Assembly (NCBI GenBank): GCA_022605425.2
Contig: JAKIMF020000005.1
Span: forward strand, 372,001 to 436,000
Length of the DNA: 64,000 nt
Direction: 5' to 3'
Source of the DNA: Hamiltosporidium tvaerminnensis FI-OER-3-3
Lineage: Eukaryota; Fungi; Microsporidia
The number at the start of each line of letters is the position of its first letter. The stretch's first letter is position 1. The position numbers and the translations under genes are program-made. Under the pieces are notes generated by a model. That model was not told the DNA's origin, made no database searches, and saw only the letters and a list, made by a program, of their open reading frames with translations. Positions 37,711 through 51,042 of the stretch are shown here, piece by piece.

Positions 37711-37969
37711 CATTTCTCTGATACCCTTTCATACTTTTAATTTGCTTCGGTTTCATAATTTACCTATATTTCCTACCCCAATCTAATCTTCATTTCTCTG
37801 CTACCCTTTCATACTTTTAATTTGCTTCGGTTTCATAATTTACCTATATTTCCTACCCCCATCTAATCTTCATTTCTCTGCTACCCTTTCATACTTTTAA
37901 TTTGCTTCGGTTTCATAATTTACCTATATTTCCTACCCCCATCTAATCTTCATTTCTCTGCTACCCTTT
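37711..37969. repeat. 80-bp tandem repeat x3.2 upstream of SmF
   Basis: CATTTCTCTG units start at 37711, 37791, 37871 and 37951. Confidence 0.95.
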
Positions 37970-38003
37970 ACTATTATTCTTTTGTATTTTTAACCCTTTA
38001 TTA

Positions 38004-38252
38004 ATGGACATTTTAATAAAACCAGATAAAGAAAATCCTAAACAATTTTTAGCAAGAAATATTGGAAAAAACATAACAGTAAATTTAAAATGGGGTCAAG
38101 AATATACTGGTATACTTATAAGTGTAGATGAATATTTTAATTTACATCTTAAAAACTGTAAAGAAAAAGAAGGAGATGTAATAAAAGGAGATGTTGGGGA
38201 AATAGTTATACGGTGTAATAATGTAAGGTACATTGCTGAACATAATTTGTAA
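38004..38252 (+). CDS. SNRPF: Small nuclear ribonucleoprotein F (SmF)
   Basis: NPKQFL..GKNITVNLKWGQEYTGILISVDEYFNLHL..GEIVIRCNNV; TAACCC upstream. Confidence 0.92.
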   Translation: MDILIKPDKENPKQFLARNIGKNITVNLKWGQEYTGILISVDEYFNLHLKNCKEKEGDVIKGDVGEIVIRCNNVRYIAEHNL

Positions 38253-38259
38253 AAGAAAA

Positions 38260-38495
38260 TTAAAATATTATATTTTTTAATGGTAAAGTCAAAGGAAGAA
38301 TAAGAAATAATTTTTAACAGGAAATATATTATTAAAATATTATATTTTTTAATGGTAAAGTCAAAGGAAGAATAAGAAATAATTTTTAACAGGAAATATA
38401 TTATTAAAATATTATATTTTTTAATGGTAAAGTCAAAGGAAGAATAAGAAATAATTTGTAAAAGGAAATATATTATTAAAATATTATATTTTTTG
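38260..38495. repeat. ~72-bp tandem repeat x3 downstream of SmF
   Basis: AATGGTAAAGTCAAAGGAAGAATAAGAAATAATTT occurs 3 times. Confidence 0.93.
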
Positions 38496-38646
38496 TTTGG
38501 AAAGATTGTAAGAAGATTTAGAAATAATTTGGAAAATAAAAATTATAATTTAATACTATGTTTTTGAAAAGATGAAAATAAAAATTGAATTAAAAAACAA
38601 AAAAAGTAATTTATTAATAATAATATATTTGTAAATTCCTGTCTAT

Positions 38647-38799
38647 TTATAAATACTTTAATAATTCTTCTAATTCTATTTTTGTAATGTCATTTAAATC
38701 TTCTTCATTATCATCTAAAAAATTATAAATAAATTTCTGTGCCTCGTCTGTTGATATCTTTTTAGAAGTGATAAGTTCAAAACTTATAGATTTATCCAT
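38647..38799 (-). CDS. 50-aa protein not in the ORF track, resembling RNA polymerase I subunit A14
   Basis: MDKSISFELITSKKISTDEAQKFIYNFLDDNEEDLNDITKIELEELLKYL*; TACCC motif 8-12 nt upstream of ATG, like the neighbouring genes. Confidence 0.7.
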   Translation of the reverse strand: MDKSISFELITSKKISTDEAQKFIYNFLDDNEEDLNDITKIELEELLKYL

Positions 38800-41700
38800 A
38801 AAGAGAGGGTAAAAACATTATTTTTATAATATATCTTAAAATGAATCCGACAAATATCATCTGACTTTGTTTATTAGAAATAAAAAAAGGTAGAAAGATA
38901 AAAAAATTTTACAATTTATTTAAAAAGAATATATTTTTAACAAAATATTAACAATTATTAAAAATAAAAATTTCTTATAATTTATATTCAAAACTTTACT
39001 ACTTCATTTACTACTATGTTAAGTGTAATAATAGATATTACTTTTAAATTATAATTTTCTAATATATTATAGATTATCTTCTATGTTTAAAACTGATTAA
39101 TATTGTTTTTAAAGATATTAAATGTTGTATTAACAAATTATAGGTTATAATCAAGTTTATTATACTGTCAGTGATAGCTTATACAACATTATATTGTGTA
39201 CGTTGAAGATATATTCAAAAATATACTTTTTATAAATATTTATTTATTACACGAGTCAATACAAAACTATATTATAATCTTGTTTAATTTTACTTTTCAG
39301 TTTATAAATCTATTGAAATAATTTAATTTAAAATATTTTCTTTAGATTTATAAACTACAAAGTAAAATACAATGTGTATTCTTCCATTGTAATTATATTT
39401 TATTGAGCTATTTTTAAGCTTTACTTATATAAAAAAGTCCTCAATAAAAGTTTAAAATGTATGAATAGGTTTGTGGTTTTATTTGAAATGATATTAAATT
39501 AATAGAAAACGTTGTATTTTTTAAAACTGTTTAATTCTATTATTTGATATTAGAAAGAGAAGCTAAAAATGCTTGGTATTAAAAATGAATGAAGTATTAG
39601 ATGTAAGCTATGTTGATATTTCCTCATATATGATCGTATATTGCATTAGTATTAATATTGTTTATTTCTTTACATTTTCCGATTCAGTCTAATTAAAAAG
39701 ATGTTCGGTTTTTAATGGATTTTTAAAAAGCGTGTATTCTTTGTTTTTTCTGATTAGATTAAGCAAAAAGTAAAACCTATTTTAAATTTAAAATATCCAT
39801 TTCTTATATATTCTTATTTGCTGACAAACCATCTATACGACTAAACATAAGATTTATTACAATTTTAATTTTTAGAATCTTGCTAATTTTGTTCGAATAG
39901 TTTATTTACTATCATAAAACTTAAGAGTGAGAAGGAAAATACTTGTATATAAATCAATATTAATTAAATCAAATCGAATTATTATAGTTATATATATTTA
40001 CAATCGAAATATCAAAGTATAATGTTGAATATATTATGATATTGTAAGGAGCATGTCATATTCTAGATTAAATTCAAAGGTTTGTTAAATACAGGTTCAT
40101 CAAATATAATCAATCTATACATCACATATTAATTCATTACATTAAAAAAATACCATATATTTTAAGATATTGCTTTGGTTCTAGTTGAATAGAAAGCAAA
40201 ACAATCTATTCTCTTCGCATTTATACATTAAATAAACTCATAAATGTAAGAATTACCGGCTTATTTGATGATATGTTCAAGAGAAATCTTTTTTTGATAT
40301 TTTTACTTATATTCAGAAAAAACGCCACGTATAATATGCATCATCTATTTATACCAAATGATAGTTTTTTTACAAAAAAAAGTTCGATTTTATTGGAAGA
40401 TCTGGAGATAGTTGTTCTTTAAGATATGGGTTTTTCTCTGTCTAAATTCTCTTAGATATATTTTACAAGCGCCATACTTTAAAAAACCCAGTAAAAAATT
40501 ATAATAACTGAGTTATAGTTTGATTCAAAGAGTATTTGATTTACATCTACAAAAAATTATAATCTTTTAAATTTATTCTTCTAATAATTCCTTTGTGTAA
40601 TATTTTTAATTTAAAATATGCAACGCATTTTGATTATTTTGGGTTCAATACATTCAATTTTTCACTTAAGAATTATCAAAAACTGCATATCTTTTTATCC
40701 AGTGCTTTTTTCAGTGTACTTTGTACGATTTTTATATGAATTCCATTTAATTACACCTTTTATATTTTTTACTTCGTTTATTGTGAAGTCAGATATTTTC
40801 TTTATTTAGTAATATTTTCGGTTTTTTTAATAGTATTGGTTAACTATTTGTTTACTGAGTTAAAAAAAGGTAGACTTGGTATTTGTATAATCCCAGAAGA
40901 TATTAATTACATCTTTTCAGAACAAAACATAACATTTGTGCTGAGAAATGTAGTAAGTTATTAATATTGAATCATTAAAAATTATTATTTAAACATTTTT
41001 GAAGAGTTGTAGGTTTAATTTTAATAAAAATATAAATTTTCTAATTCATAATTGATCTTCAACGATCAATATTTCCTAATTCATAATTTAGGCTTATGAA
41101 AAAGCAATGTCCATCTTAAATAAAGTTTTTATTTTCTAATTTATAAATACAGTTGATGATGTTTGTAATCGTGTTTTATAGCTAGATATTTTTTAAGAAA
41201 GCTATATGATTATGTATTATGTTCAGATCATTATAAAAGTATCTATCTCTAATAAATACACCAAAGATCTTTCTTTGGTTATAGATTCTGGATTTTAAAA
41301 ACTGTGAATTATGTATAATAGAAAACCAACAATTTTCTTTAGTCTACCGATTGCTTACTATATTGATATGTCGGTATTTACTGTGAGATAGATAATAAAA
41401 TACATCCCATCTATTCGATGAGAACTTCTTATGTTTCTTAATTCATTTTCTGTATTAAATTCTTTTGAATTTACATGAAGTCTTCATCAAAAGAAAATAA
41501 GTTTATTTTCATGTATATGAATAAATTCACACACCTTTCAACCTAAAAAGCTTTCATTCTTTGTTTCTAATAATTTTGTTTTATTATGTACTTATTTAGT
41601 TTTTATTTTTAGCAATATAGGTCATCTAAAGTCTTGGAATTTGATAATTCGGTGGAAGTAGAAATGAAAATTGTCCCGTTTGAATTGCTTATTGATTCGG

Positions 41701-42973
41701 ATTTTTTAAAATTGGTAAATAATAATTTGCAATTGTTAAACCCTACGGTTTACCGCTGTATTTGTCTATGTTTCAAACTTTGAATATCGTTTTCATCAAA
41801 AACTCTTGCGCTCGAAGTATAAATAATCTACTAGCTTGTCTAGAGGTTTCAAAGTCCGTACAAATAGTGCTCTATCGATTTTATATGGCTCTTTGGTTTA
41901 TAAACTTTATTGAGCAAAAAATATAACGAGAATGTTGTTGATCGCCGACAAAATTAACTTTTAATTTATTTCATTATTTAAATATTTTTTCACAAAAAAA
42001 CAAAGATTCTAGAATAACCTTCATATATTTAAATTTAGAAATACTCTAGCTTCTTGAGCTGTTTTAAATCAATAGTCAATTCAAAATAAAAAGATTCAGA
42101 AATATTATAATTTTTTGTTTAAAATTTGACCTATTAGGCAACTTTTCATAGCTAAAAGCTTATATCGATAAATTTTATATATTACATACATTATATTCAA
42201 CTAAGAATCTACTGATATATCATTAAAATTCGAAATTAAAAATGTAAATCTAAATGTTTTATTATTGTTGTTTATTGTATAATTTAAGAAAGAGTTGAAA
42301 CAGATTTATTAAACAAAAAAATGTTTTTCAATTCCGAGGAATAAATGTTAATATTTGCTTTTTTATACCTTTTTGCAAGTATTTATTAATTAATATATCT
42401 TTCTATTAGTTTACAAACAATAACACTTCGTTCTATTTATGTGTACTTAACTGATTTGTCCTAAAAAACCCTCAGTTATTAGCCTAATACTGCCATGATT
42501 TTTCGATTATAATTTTTATTGGTTTTTTTTCGTTTTTCTAAAAATTTGGTTTTTCAGTACCTAAAACACGGATTAGGATTTAAAAAAAAGCCTATTTTTA
42601 GAATCTTCTAAAAAATCTAAAATATATAATTAGATATTTATCAATATTGATTTTAGCTCTAACATTTTAAACAATCATGATTATTTTAAGTTTAGTTAAT
42701 TATAAAAATATTATTGGTTTGGATCAGATATATTATTTATATTATTATAACGGATATAATCTTATGAACTAAATACTTATACTTCTGTCTAATATTAAAA
42801 CCCAAAATTTCAAGTTACGCAGTCTTCCACATATAAAATAATCAATTAGTCTTGTAAAAAATTCTAATATTTGTTTCCTAATTTTTACGCGCTTCGTTTC
42901 AAAGTATAATTAATTTAACGGATTTTTAACATATAAAAATAAAATATATCAATTAAACATTATTTATTTATAT

Positions 42974-43243
42974 TTAAGCATATAAAGTCAACTCGGCACG
43001 TCTAAAATGCGCGGTTACGGCACTACCAGACATACCTTCTTTCATTATTGCACTTGAATTACCTGAAGCAGACGTTCCTCCTGTACCGTTAGCACCACTC
43101 GTACCATTAGCACCACCTGTACTATTACCTTCTTTTGTACTTGAACTCTCTTTTTTACTGCTACTACTCTTACTAGGTTCTGCATATACAATATTAATAA
43201 CACACAAAAGTATGATTAATAAAATATGATAAATTTTCTGCAT
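42974..43243 (-). CDS. Small secreted Ser/Gly-rich protein with C-terminal AHFRRAELTLYA motif
   Basis: Signal peptide MQKIYHILLIILLCVINIVYA; clear paralogue of 52370..52690. Confidence 0.88.
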   Translation of the reverse strand: MQKIYHILLIILLCVINIVYAEPSKSSSSKKESSSTKEGNSTGGANGTSGANGTGGTSASGNSSAIMKEGMSGSAVTAHFRRAELTLYA

Positions 43244-43265
43244 GACCTCTCGTCTACAGACATAT

Positions 43266-43480
43266 TTATACTTTATTTTTTGCTGGAAAAACGTATTACG
43301 TTTTTTTACTCCTTTATTTTTAATAAAATATAATAAAATATAATAAAATGAATAAATTAATAATTATATTTCATATCAAATTTTATTTTTGTTATCTGGC
43401 CAATTAAGCTTATTAAATTTTGTTTTATCTAAGGTTTATTGTAAAATTATCAAATTAAATAATTTTATTGACCAATAAAA
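43266..43480 (-). promoter_or_regulatory. Shared promoter of secreted RAEL-motif gene 2
   Basis: TATAA at -27..-23, palindrome AAAAACGTA-T-TACGTTTTT 43287-43305, AAGGAG at -71..-66, CCAAT at 43400 and 43472. Confidence 0.7.
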
Positions 43481-45099
43481 TGTAATATAATACACTATAA
43501 TATAAAAAATCTTTATTTGTTCTTTTACAAAATTTTAATTCTGTTGATATCAGTTAGTATAACTGATTAATATGAATTACAATGTTGATATGAAGTTGCA
43601 ATTGTAATTTAAGTTTTATCTTCACGAAGCATAGTAATTCGTTAGTTTAATAAACAGATAATTTACCTCATTCTAGGATTCTTTTATGTTTAATTTATTA
43701 ATTGCTATCTTTTTTTAAATATTAAATAGTATCGAACGAGATTTTAATGATCACAAAAGTTTTTAATAATTAAAAAACAAGATTTCTGTAAATTATGTGT
43801 TTATTTAATCGATTATATATCTTCAAAAAATACACAATGTCTTCTTGATGTAACGTGCATACCAGTAATAATTTATACATGAAATATTAATTTCATATTC
43901 TAGTTTCTGTTCTCATAACTGCGATAGAAGAATCTTTTTAGTTTAGCAAATTATAAGTACCGCGAATTATACAAAAATGGTCCATTTTTTATTTTTAATA
44001 TTGAGTTTGATTTATAATAAGATGACCACAGAACGTTTAGATTGTAGAGTTCAACTTAAGTTTCTAGCTAAAAAAACATAGGAAACCACCTGATACTCTA
44101 AAATTAGGTTTTTTCATTTAAATATGTATTTTAATAAAGCAATTAAATATATATCAGCACCTCTAGATTCCGTTGAATTGTCAAATTTAGAATAAATTCA
44201 TGTTTTCCATAGTTAAAACATCTTTCCTTGTTTAAATAAAGAATTTAAGTCAAAGATAAAAGTTTAATCGTATAAATTAAAAAATCACTTCTAAATTTAC
44301 AATTATGAATGCTTAAGAAAGTCGGGTGGAATTTAATCCTTTGAAAACTTTATCCATAGGTTGAATAAAAATTACAATTAATATCTAAAACACAACAAGG
44401 TAAAATGTATACCGAATTATAGCAATATAGATAACATGAACTCATATAAGTCTCTTAGATCTGATAATATTCTTTTATCCAAAAGAAGATTTAAGAATAA
44501 TTTTTTTAGCTAAAAAAAGTTTGTTTTATATAATAAGCGCGGGGAGATGTAAAATTTAACGGAAATTTTTGTCAAACAAGCGAAAATTTTAGGGTTAAGC
44601 ATTATCTGCTGCAATAGCACATAAAGAATAATTTTTTAGTATTTATATAGTCAAAAACAGAAAACTAAATATAAAATGTTTATCGTGTCATATTTAATAC
44701 TGTGATTGTGGTTTGATTCATAAATAAGTAAATTAAATATATTATCGTTAAGATACGTGATTATCCTCTAATTTGACATAAAAGCCTTTTATTAATTAAT
44801 ACAATTCGATTTGAATGTAACAAAACATCACATTAGACGGTTAATGCATTACTTTATTCAGTGCCATAAACCATTAATTTATATTGTGTTTAAACATATT
44901 TCAGATAATCTTTGTTTGTTAAACGTATTTTTTAACTAAGATTGCGATAATTCTATCTAAAATATTAGATAAGAAAAAAGATACAAATTCAGTTGAAATT
45001 TATTGGCCTTTCGATACTTATTATTGTTTATTCAATAGAAGTACCATCTTTCTATAAACAATCTAAAAGTTATATTTATTTCATGACATTAACCAGTTC

Positions 45100-45660
45100 T
45101 AGGTTTTACATTAATAATTATTCTGCAAAATATTATCGCCATCTCTTAGCTAAGCACATCAAGAATCTTTCCCTCATAAATTTATAATGGCCATATAATA
45201 AGCTGCGAAACTATCTAAAGTTCTTACTTTTGTTCGCTTGGTGTGTGATTGACGAGATATTAATTTCGAAATTTCGGAGGCGCCAGAGTATTCTCATTTG
45301 ACAAAAATCCTGTTGGTATAATATCTAGTGAAACTGTATTTTGAAAAGATACATTCAGTGTCTTCAATGTTAATATGGGATATAAACATGTATTAGCTCT
45401 ACTTAACCCTCTTGGATTTAAAAAAGATACGTTTTTCTGTATCAATTAGCCTCCAAGTCTTCTAGCCAAAGTGAGCAACACTAGATTTATATGCTTTTAC
45501 ATGAAAATTATTTCCAAATTATTCATGGTTTACAATATAAGTACAAATGAAGCTCTAGATGGCTTTATGATGAACTTAAATTCTTTGTAAATCTTTCTTA
45601 TTGTACAATTCTCAGTAAAAACACTGGCAATGCAAGGAATTTTAATTTAATAAATAACCA
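45100..45660 (-). repeat. Degenerate dispersed repeat family A copy
   Basis: AAGTCTTCTAGCCAAAGTGAGCAA..ATGCTTTTACATG block near 45455-45505; boundaries approximate. Confidence 0.6.
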
Positions 45661-46914
45661 GCAAATATTCTAAAAACCGGTTAAAATTAATCATTTCGAA
45701 ACAGATGGTTTTCATTTAGCTATCCTACTCCATAAAAAAAACAGAATAATATAAACATGTAAAATAAAAATTATTTTCTTATCAAGAAAATTAAACACAA
45801 TAATTAATTTATACAAACCTTTTTCTTTTAGGACATCTTAAAGATTAATTTTTATAGAAATATGCGGACAAATGTTTATAACTAGATTTATTATTAAAGA
45901 ATTAAGTTTATATTAACTATACATATTCAAATATAAATCATGAAGAAATTGTTGCAAAATTATATAAAAAATAGCTTATAATTATCATAAATATTCTATA
46001 AAAAGGAAATTATTTGTAAGACGAAGAAAGAAAATTTATTTTAATATTTTTGTTATTTATCTTAAATTTTTTAAATAAAAAAACAGATCTAATTTGAATA
46101 TTTTAATGTTAAGTTTTTCAAATGTATTTTTTATTGATCCGTAACTGTAATTATTAGAGAAAATATACGTTTTACGAATTAAATTATTTATCATATCAAA
46201 TATTTTAAACTTCGTATGTAGAGTAAAAGTAGAAAATTAGACATAACAGTATATTTATTAAAGAAAACGACTTTGAGTCTAAATATTTCGATTGAGTTGA
46301 TTTCGTTAGAATTCATCATAAATACATTTTTTTAAAAATAAATTTTTCTAAATTAAAATCTTTATTACTTTCAAAACAAAATATTGAATTTTAAACAACC
46401 CAGAATCTCAAAGTATAAAAATTTTATAATATAATCATAAATTATTCTATTTTTATTTGTAATCACTTCTATAAATAGAAAAAATAAAAATATTCTAACC
46501 AGAATTAAAAAATCAAATCAAATGGTTTTGAAATTGATTTTATTTTTAGAGTACCAATGTGTAAATATTTGAATTTAATACGTCGATTGAGTAATATTAA
46601 TATTTTTAGAATATAAATAATTTATTTACTTTTTTTATAATATAAATATTTTTTCTATAAATCTGTTTACCTTCTTTTTGAGATAAGTATTTTTTCAATA
46701 AATTTATTTGCTAGTTTATGAAAAGAAAAAAAATTTGATAAATAAAAGTATAATTATTTATCTATAAATTTTTAATCGTAACAAATTAAAAAATAAGTCT
46801 ATAAATTCTTAAAAAAACCAAAAGATATGTAATTGATTACCAACAATAAACGATAAAATATGTTTGAAAACAAATAATAAATAGATTAAAATGAAATAAT
46901 ATATTTCTAAAATA

Positions 46915-47750
46915 TAAAGCCGTGGATCATCTAGCAACTCGATGTGAAAACTGCTAGTCCATGTCTTTATCTGACGGCATAATGAACATTCCAGATGCCT
47001 ATACCTCCTTCTCTCAAATAGATATTAGTTTAAGTCTACAAAACAGAGTAGGAGCTTTCGGTTCATGAAATTCTTTAAAACAAGCATGTCTAAATAACAG
47101 TGAATACCAGGATAAAAACTGATTTCAAATTCGGTGTAATAGGCTAGATATATTTATTTTAGATAAAACGAAAAATAAGATAAAACTCATTGAAGTAGGA
47201 ATCACTTTCCAAGATTCACTTCAAATAGTTGAAACTGAAAACACTTAGGAAGTATGACTTTCTAGCCAATGAGCTGGGTCTTATTTATAAGTTTAGTGTC
47301 GAGATTATCTCTTATGTGATGACCTGGGACGGTATTGTGACAAAATACCATAAATCTCATCTTAAAAGACCAGAAGTACCCATGAATGTAGACCCATACA
47401 TTCCGTCTATACTACCTAAGCAGATGACAGTCGAATCAATTTTCTTTGATCAACTACGAGGACTTAGGTTGAGACCCAATGCCGAAGAATTATGGGAGAG
47501 AGAGCTCAATGGATGTTATTGAGAGAGCCGAGATGCATGTGGAACCAACAACTCATTTAAAACAAGCGAGTAAAGATAAAATGGTGTTAAACATTTAAAA
47601 ATAACAAATATTGCACCCATTATTTCAGAAGGAGGAACTGACCAAACACATAAATGAAGAGTCGGATTTAGAGGACGAAACGATAGTGGTTAAAGAGGTA
47701 AAAGGAGGTTTATAAAAGCTATAAAGAAATTTTTAATCCAGAATTTTATT
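46915..47750 (+). mobile_element. RLE non-LTR retrotransposon 3' fragment (end of zinc knuckle plus endonuclease), disrupted
   Basis: VDHLATRC..RHNE..; LDIFILDKTKNKIKLIEVGIT; RKYDFLANELGLIYKFSVEIISYVMTWDG. Confidence 0.85.
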
Positions 47751-47864
47751 AGCTAAAAATTTTAAAATATAAATGATTGTTTCCTCAAAGGGATAAACCT
47801 TCTTCAAAATAAATAATAAATTTGAGTGAAATATCATATTTTAGAAGAATACATTAAATAAAGT

Positions 47865-48476
47865 TTAATTTTTGTTTTTAATCCTAGAATCCAAAAATAT
47901 AACATAATCATCTTTTAGTTCTTTTTGTATGCTTTGATCAGGACAACATACATCTTTAAGAATTTCATTTTTTGGTGGAATGAAAAAGTAAATAGAATTA
48001 ACTGTATTTAAATATGAAATAGAAACAGAAATTCTTTCTTTTGGTGGTTTTGGAGAATCATTGACATATATAAACATTTCTTTTTTGGTAATATTTTTCG
48101 AATTAGGGAATATTGAAGCAATATGACCATCTTCTCCCACACCCAAAAAGCAGACATTTATGGGTTCAAGGATAGAAATATAATCTTCTATAGCCTTTTC
48201 TGGACAGATTTTAGTGTTTATAGGATAAATCAAAGCATCAGTACTCTTTAAAAATTCTGCATCGAAAAAATTCAAATCACTTTCTTGTTGAGAGATTCGC
48301 TCATCAGCAAAATATATTTTCCATTTCGTTGTTTTAATATTTTTAAAATTTATATTTTTCAATATCGTAAGTATTGAGCCACCTGATATCATTAATTTAA
48401 GGTCTTTATTGTCAAATTTCCTTAATATTGATTCCATTTCATATACAAAATCTGAAATATAAATTGTACTTGGCAT
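47865..48476 (-). CDS. PGLS: 6-phosphogluconolactonase
   Basis: ISGGS, FADER, LGVGEDGHIASIFP, DSPKPPKERIS. Confidence 0.93.
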   Translation of the reverse strand: MPSTIYISDFVYEMESILRKFDNKDLKLMISGGSILTILKNINFKNIKTTKWKIYFADERISQQESDLNFFDAEFLKSTDALIYPINTKICPEKAIEDYISILEPINVCFLGVGEDGHIASIFPNSKNITKKEMFIYVNDSPKPPKERISVSISYLNTVNSIYFFIPPKNEILKDVCCPDQSIQKELKDDYVIFLDSRIKNKN

Positions 48477-49914
48477 CTCTACGTATGGGATATTAAAATA
48501 TTTATTAAAATATTAAATATATTTATGGATAAAAAAACAAAAATTCGTAGTTTTTTTTGTAAAAATATTTTTGTTTGATATAAATCATTGATTGTTCAAA
48601 CGATAAATAGAAAACATAGTTACTATTTTTTTGTGTAAAAATAATTTTGTTTAAACTAAAGTATTATATAATTTATACGAAGATAAAGTCCAGTAGTTCG
48701 TTTTTTATTGAAAAAAGAAAATTTACTTAGATTTAAGAAAGATTTTATCCTTACGAAACTCTAAACAATATTAATTAATTTACTATTTTTTGTATTCGTC
48801 TTTATTTCTTATACGGATTTAGTTGTTTAAAAAATTATTTTATAGGATTGTAATTCTTTTTATAAGATTATATTTCGCACAACTTGAACCCTTGAAAATT
48901 GTGTATCGATAGTCTATTTTAATTTAGATAGAATCTTTATTTACTCTTTTAATTTTTATTTGAAATACCCCTCTCAATTCTTATTCTATTTATACCATTG
49001 AATCATCTTGGTAAATAAAATATCTCCATCTGAAAATATTATTAATCGGAAAAGCTAAATATAATTTTATAAATTAAAAAATACAAATTTACAGAATATA
49101 AATGAAATAAAATCATTTAGAAATTACATATATTTATAAAATTTTGAAGTTTGATAGTATTCGAAACAAAATGTTGTAATATTTTAATTTTTTATAAAAA
49201 TCCCAAAAAATTAAACTGAAGGTTGGATTTGCGTTTTATACCACTAGTTTCTTTCATAGTGAATAACACATTATCATGAAAAGAAATTTTTATTCCAAAC
49301 TACGTATATTTATATTTATACATGACTAATAACATAACTTATCATTGATTATTATATCTCATCGATATTAGATAATTCGATATAGATAATCTTATAAAGT
49401 AATTGGGGTTTATTTGAACCAATTATATAGCTTCATGATGCCCATTTACAACACTGAATATAACTTATTTGTGTTTTTATTGAACCAGATTATTCATAAA
49501 TTGTAATTTACTTAAAAATAAATTCAGATATTTAATTAGTTATATTAAATTGCCTCTATCGCTCAAGTTATATTTATCCTCATTTTAACTAAAACAATCA
49601 GTTTTTCTTAATGGAATTATAATTTGGTAAATATTGAAAAAAAACGAATTCTTTAAAGTATAATTAGATAACTTTTATACAGAAATAAACATAAAATCGT
49701 TTTTTTTTTCAGATAAATTTCTTGTTAGAAGAAAATCATTTTGAAATACTTTTTTGAAAAATTTTAGACTTTCAAAAGATTGAAAATACATATATGATCA
49801 CTTAAGTAAGTTGGGATTTAAATAATGAGTTCTGATTTATTTTGTCTAGAAAAATCTTAATCGGCAATTATATTTTGTATTTATGTCCCGTAAGCATATT
49901 TAGAAAGTATTTTG

Positions 49915-50143
49915 TCATCCTAGGCACTACAGCCCAGCACGAGCCTTGGCCGTCTTCAGTAATATCACCAACTAGTGCCTTTCCAGTGATTCTGTTTACT
50001 TTTTGGGTTTTGTAACAAGGCGGTTTTAAAGGATGGATTTTTAGGCCACGATCAACCCTAACCAGGAGGACCAGTCCCTTTAGTTGTTTCTTACGACAAG
50101 CAGAGAATACTTTAAGCCAATTCTGTTCTCGACAGGGTGAAAG
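49915..50143 (-). mobile_element. RTE-derived short element (family B)
   Basis: GGCACTACAGCCC..GAGCCTTGGCC tail and CTTACGACAAGCAG core; possible TSD AG(A/G)AAGTATTT at 49902 and 50147. Confidence 0.8.
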
Positions 50144-50310
50144 TAAAGGAAGTATTTAAGAAATCTAGACATTATTATGTAGTTTTTTAGCTAAACGAAA
50201 ATGAAATTTTTCTATTTTAGTCTACAATAAACGTCTATTTTGCCATACACTTAGCCTATATGATTTTACTTTTAAGAAAACATAATAAAATATAGTTATT
50301 AGTGAACATC

Positions 50311-51042
50311 GGGTGGAGAGTGAATAACCTCATAAAAAACCTTCTGCTTGGAAATAAGTGTGTGAAACTGGTGTGAGAATATTATTTGGATTTTTGGTTG
50401 GAAAAACCACACTACATTTTCTGTTGTTCTATAGGAGTTGTTTCGTGGGTGTTGTTATGAGAAAGAGAGGTCTAAGAAATGGAGAAACTTTTTCTACAAA
50501 TCCATTTTGTAGTTTTTTATGTAACTATATTGCCGACCGTAACTGAACATATAGGTAATTGCCATGTAAAAGCATAGAAACCCAACCTTGCTTACTCGGG
50601 TTAGAAGACTTAGCATCTTGGAGCTATAAAAATAAAACTATTAAAAGCCAGGAAAGCTAAGTAGCAGGTTATACCTGTTGGTATGACATTGCACTGTCTA
50701 GGTGGACCCCATGTAAATCACTGAAATATATCTTAGATAGAAGTTTATTGGGTTCAGAAAGGGTAGAGTAAGTGGGAATGCTGCATAGTCTTGGGAGAGC
50801 CCAAGGGGATTCGGTCTTCGATACTACTCCACGAAACGGACATTAACGAACACTGGGCAACCGTATTGCCTATTAATTAGGTTCTACACACCCGGTAGAT
50901 GAAAGGCTTTGGAATGAGAGTATCGCAGGGGTTACTGATAGAGTTTTGGGGTAGCAGTTATTTATGTTAAACCTAGAACTGCATTAATTCCATGAAAACA
51001 AATATAACACTTGCCACTATTTTAAAAAGATGTAATGTTTTT
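50311..51042 (+). repeat. Dispersed repeat family A, best-preserved copy (~730 bp)
   Basis: Collinear with the 30465 copy and with the reverse complements of the 19010 and 35885 copies. Confidence 0.9.

Noticed and set aside
50311-51042. Family A as RNase P/MRP, rRNA or telomerase RNA
   Set aside because: No convincing conserved motifs; multicopy and decaying
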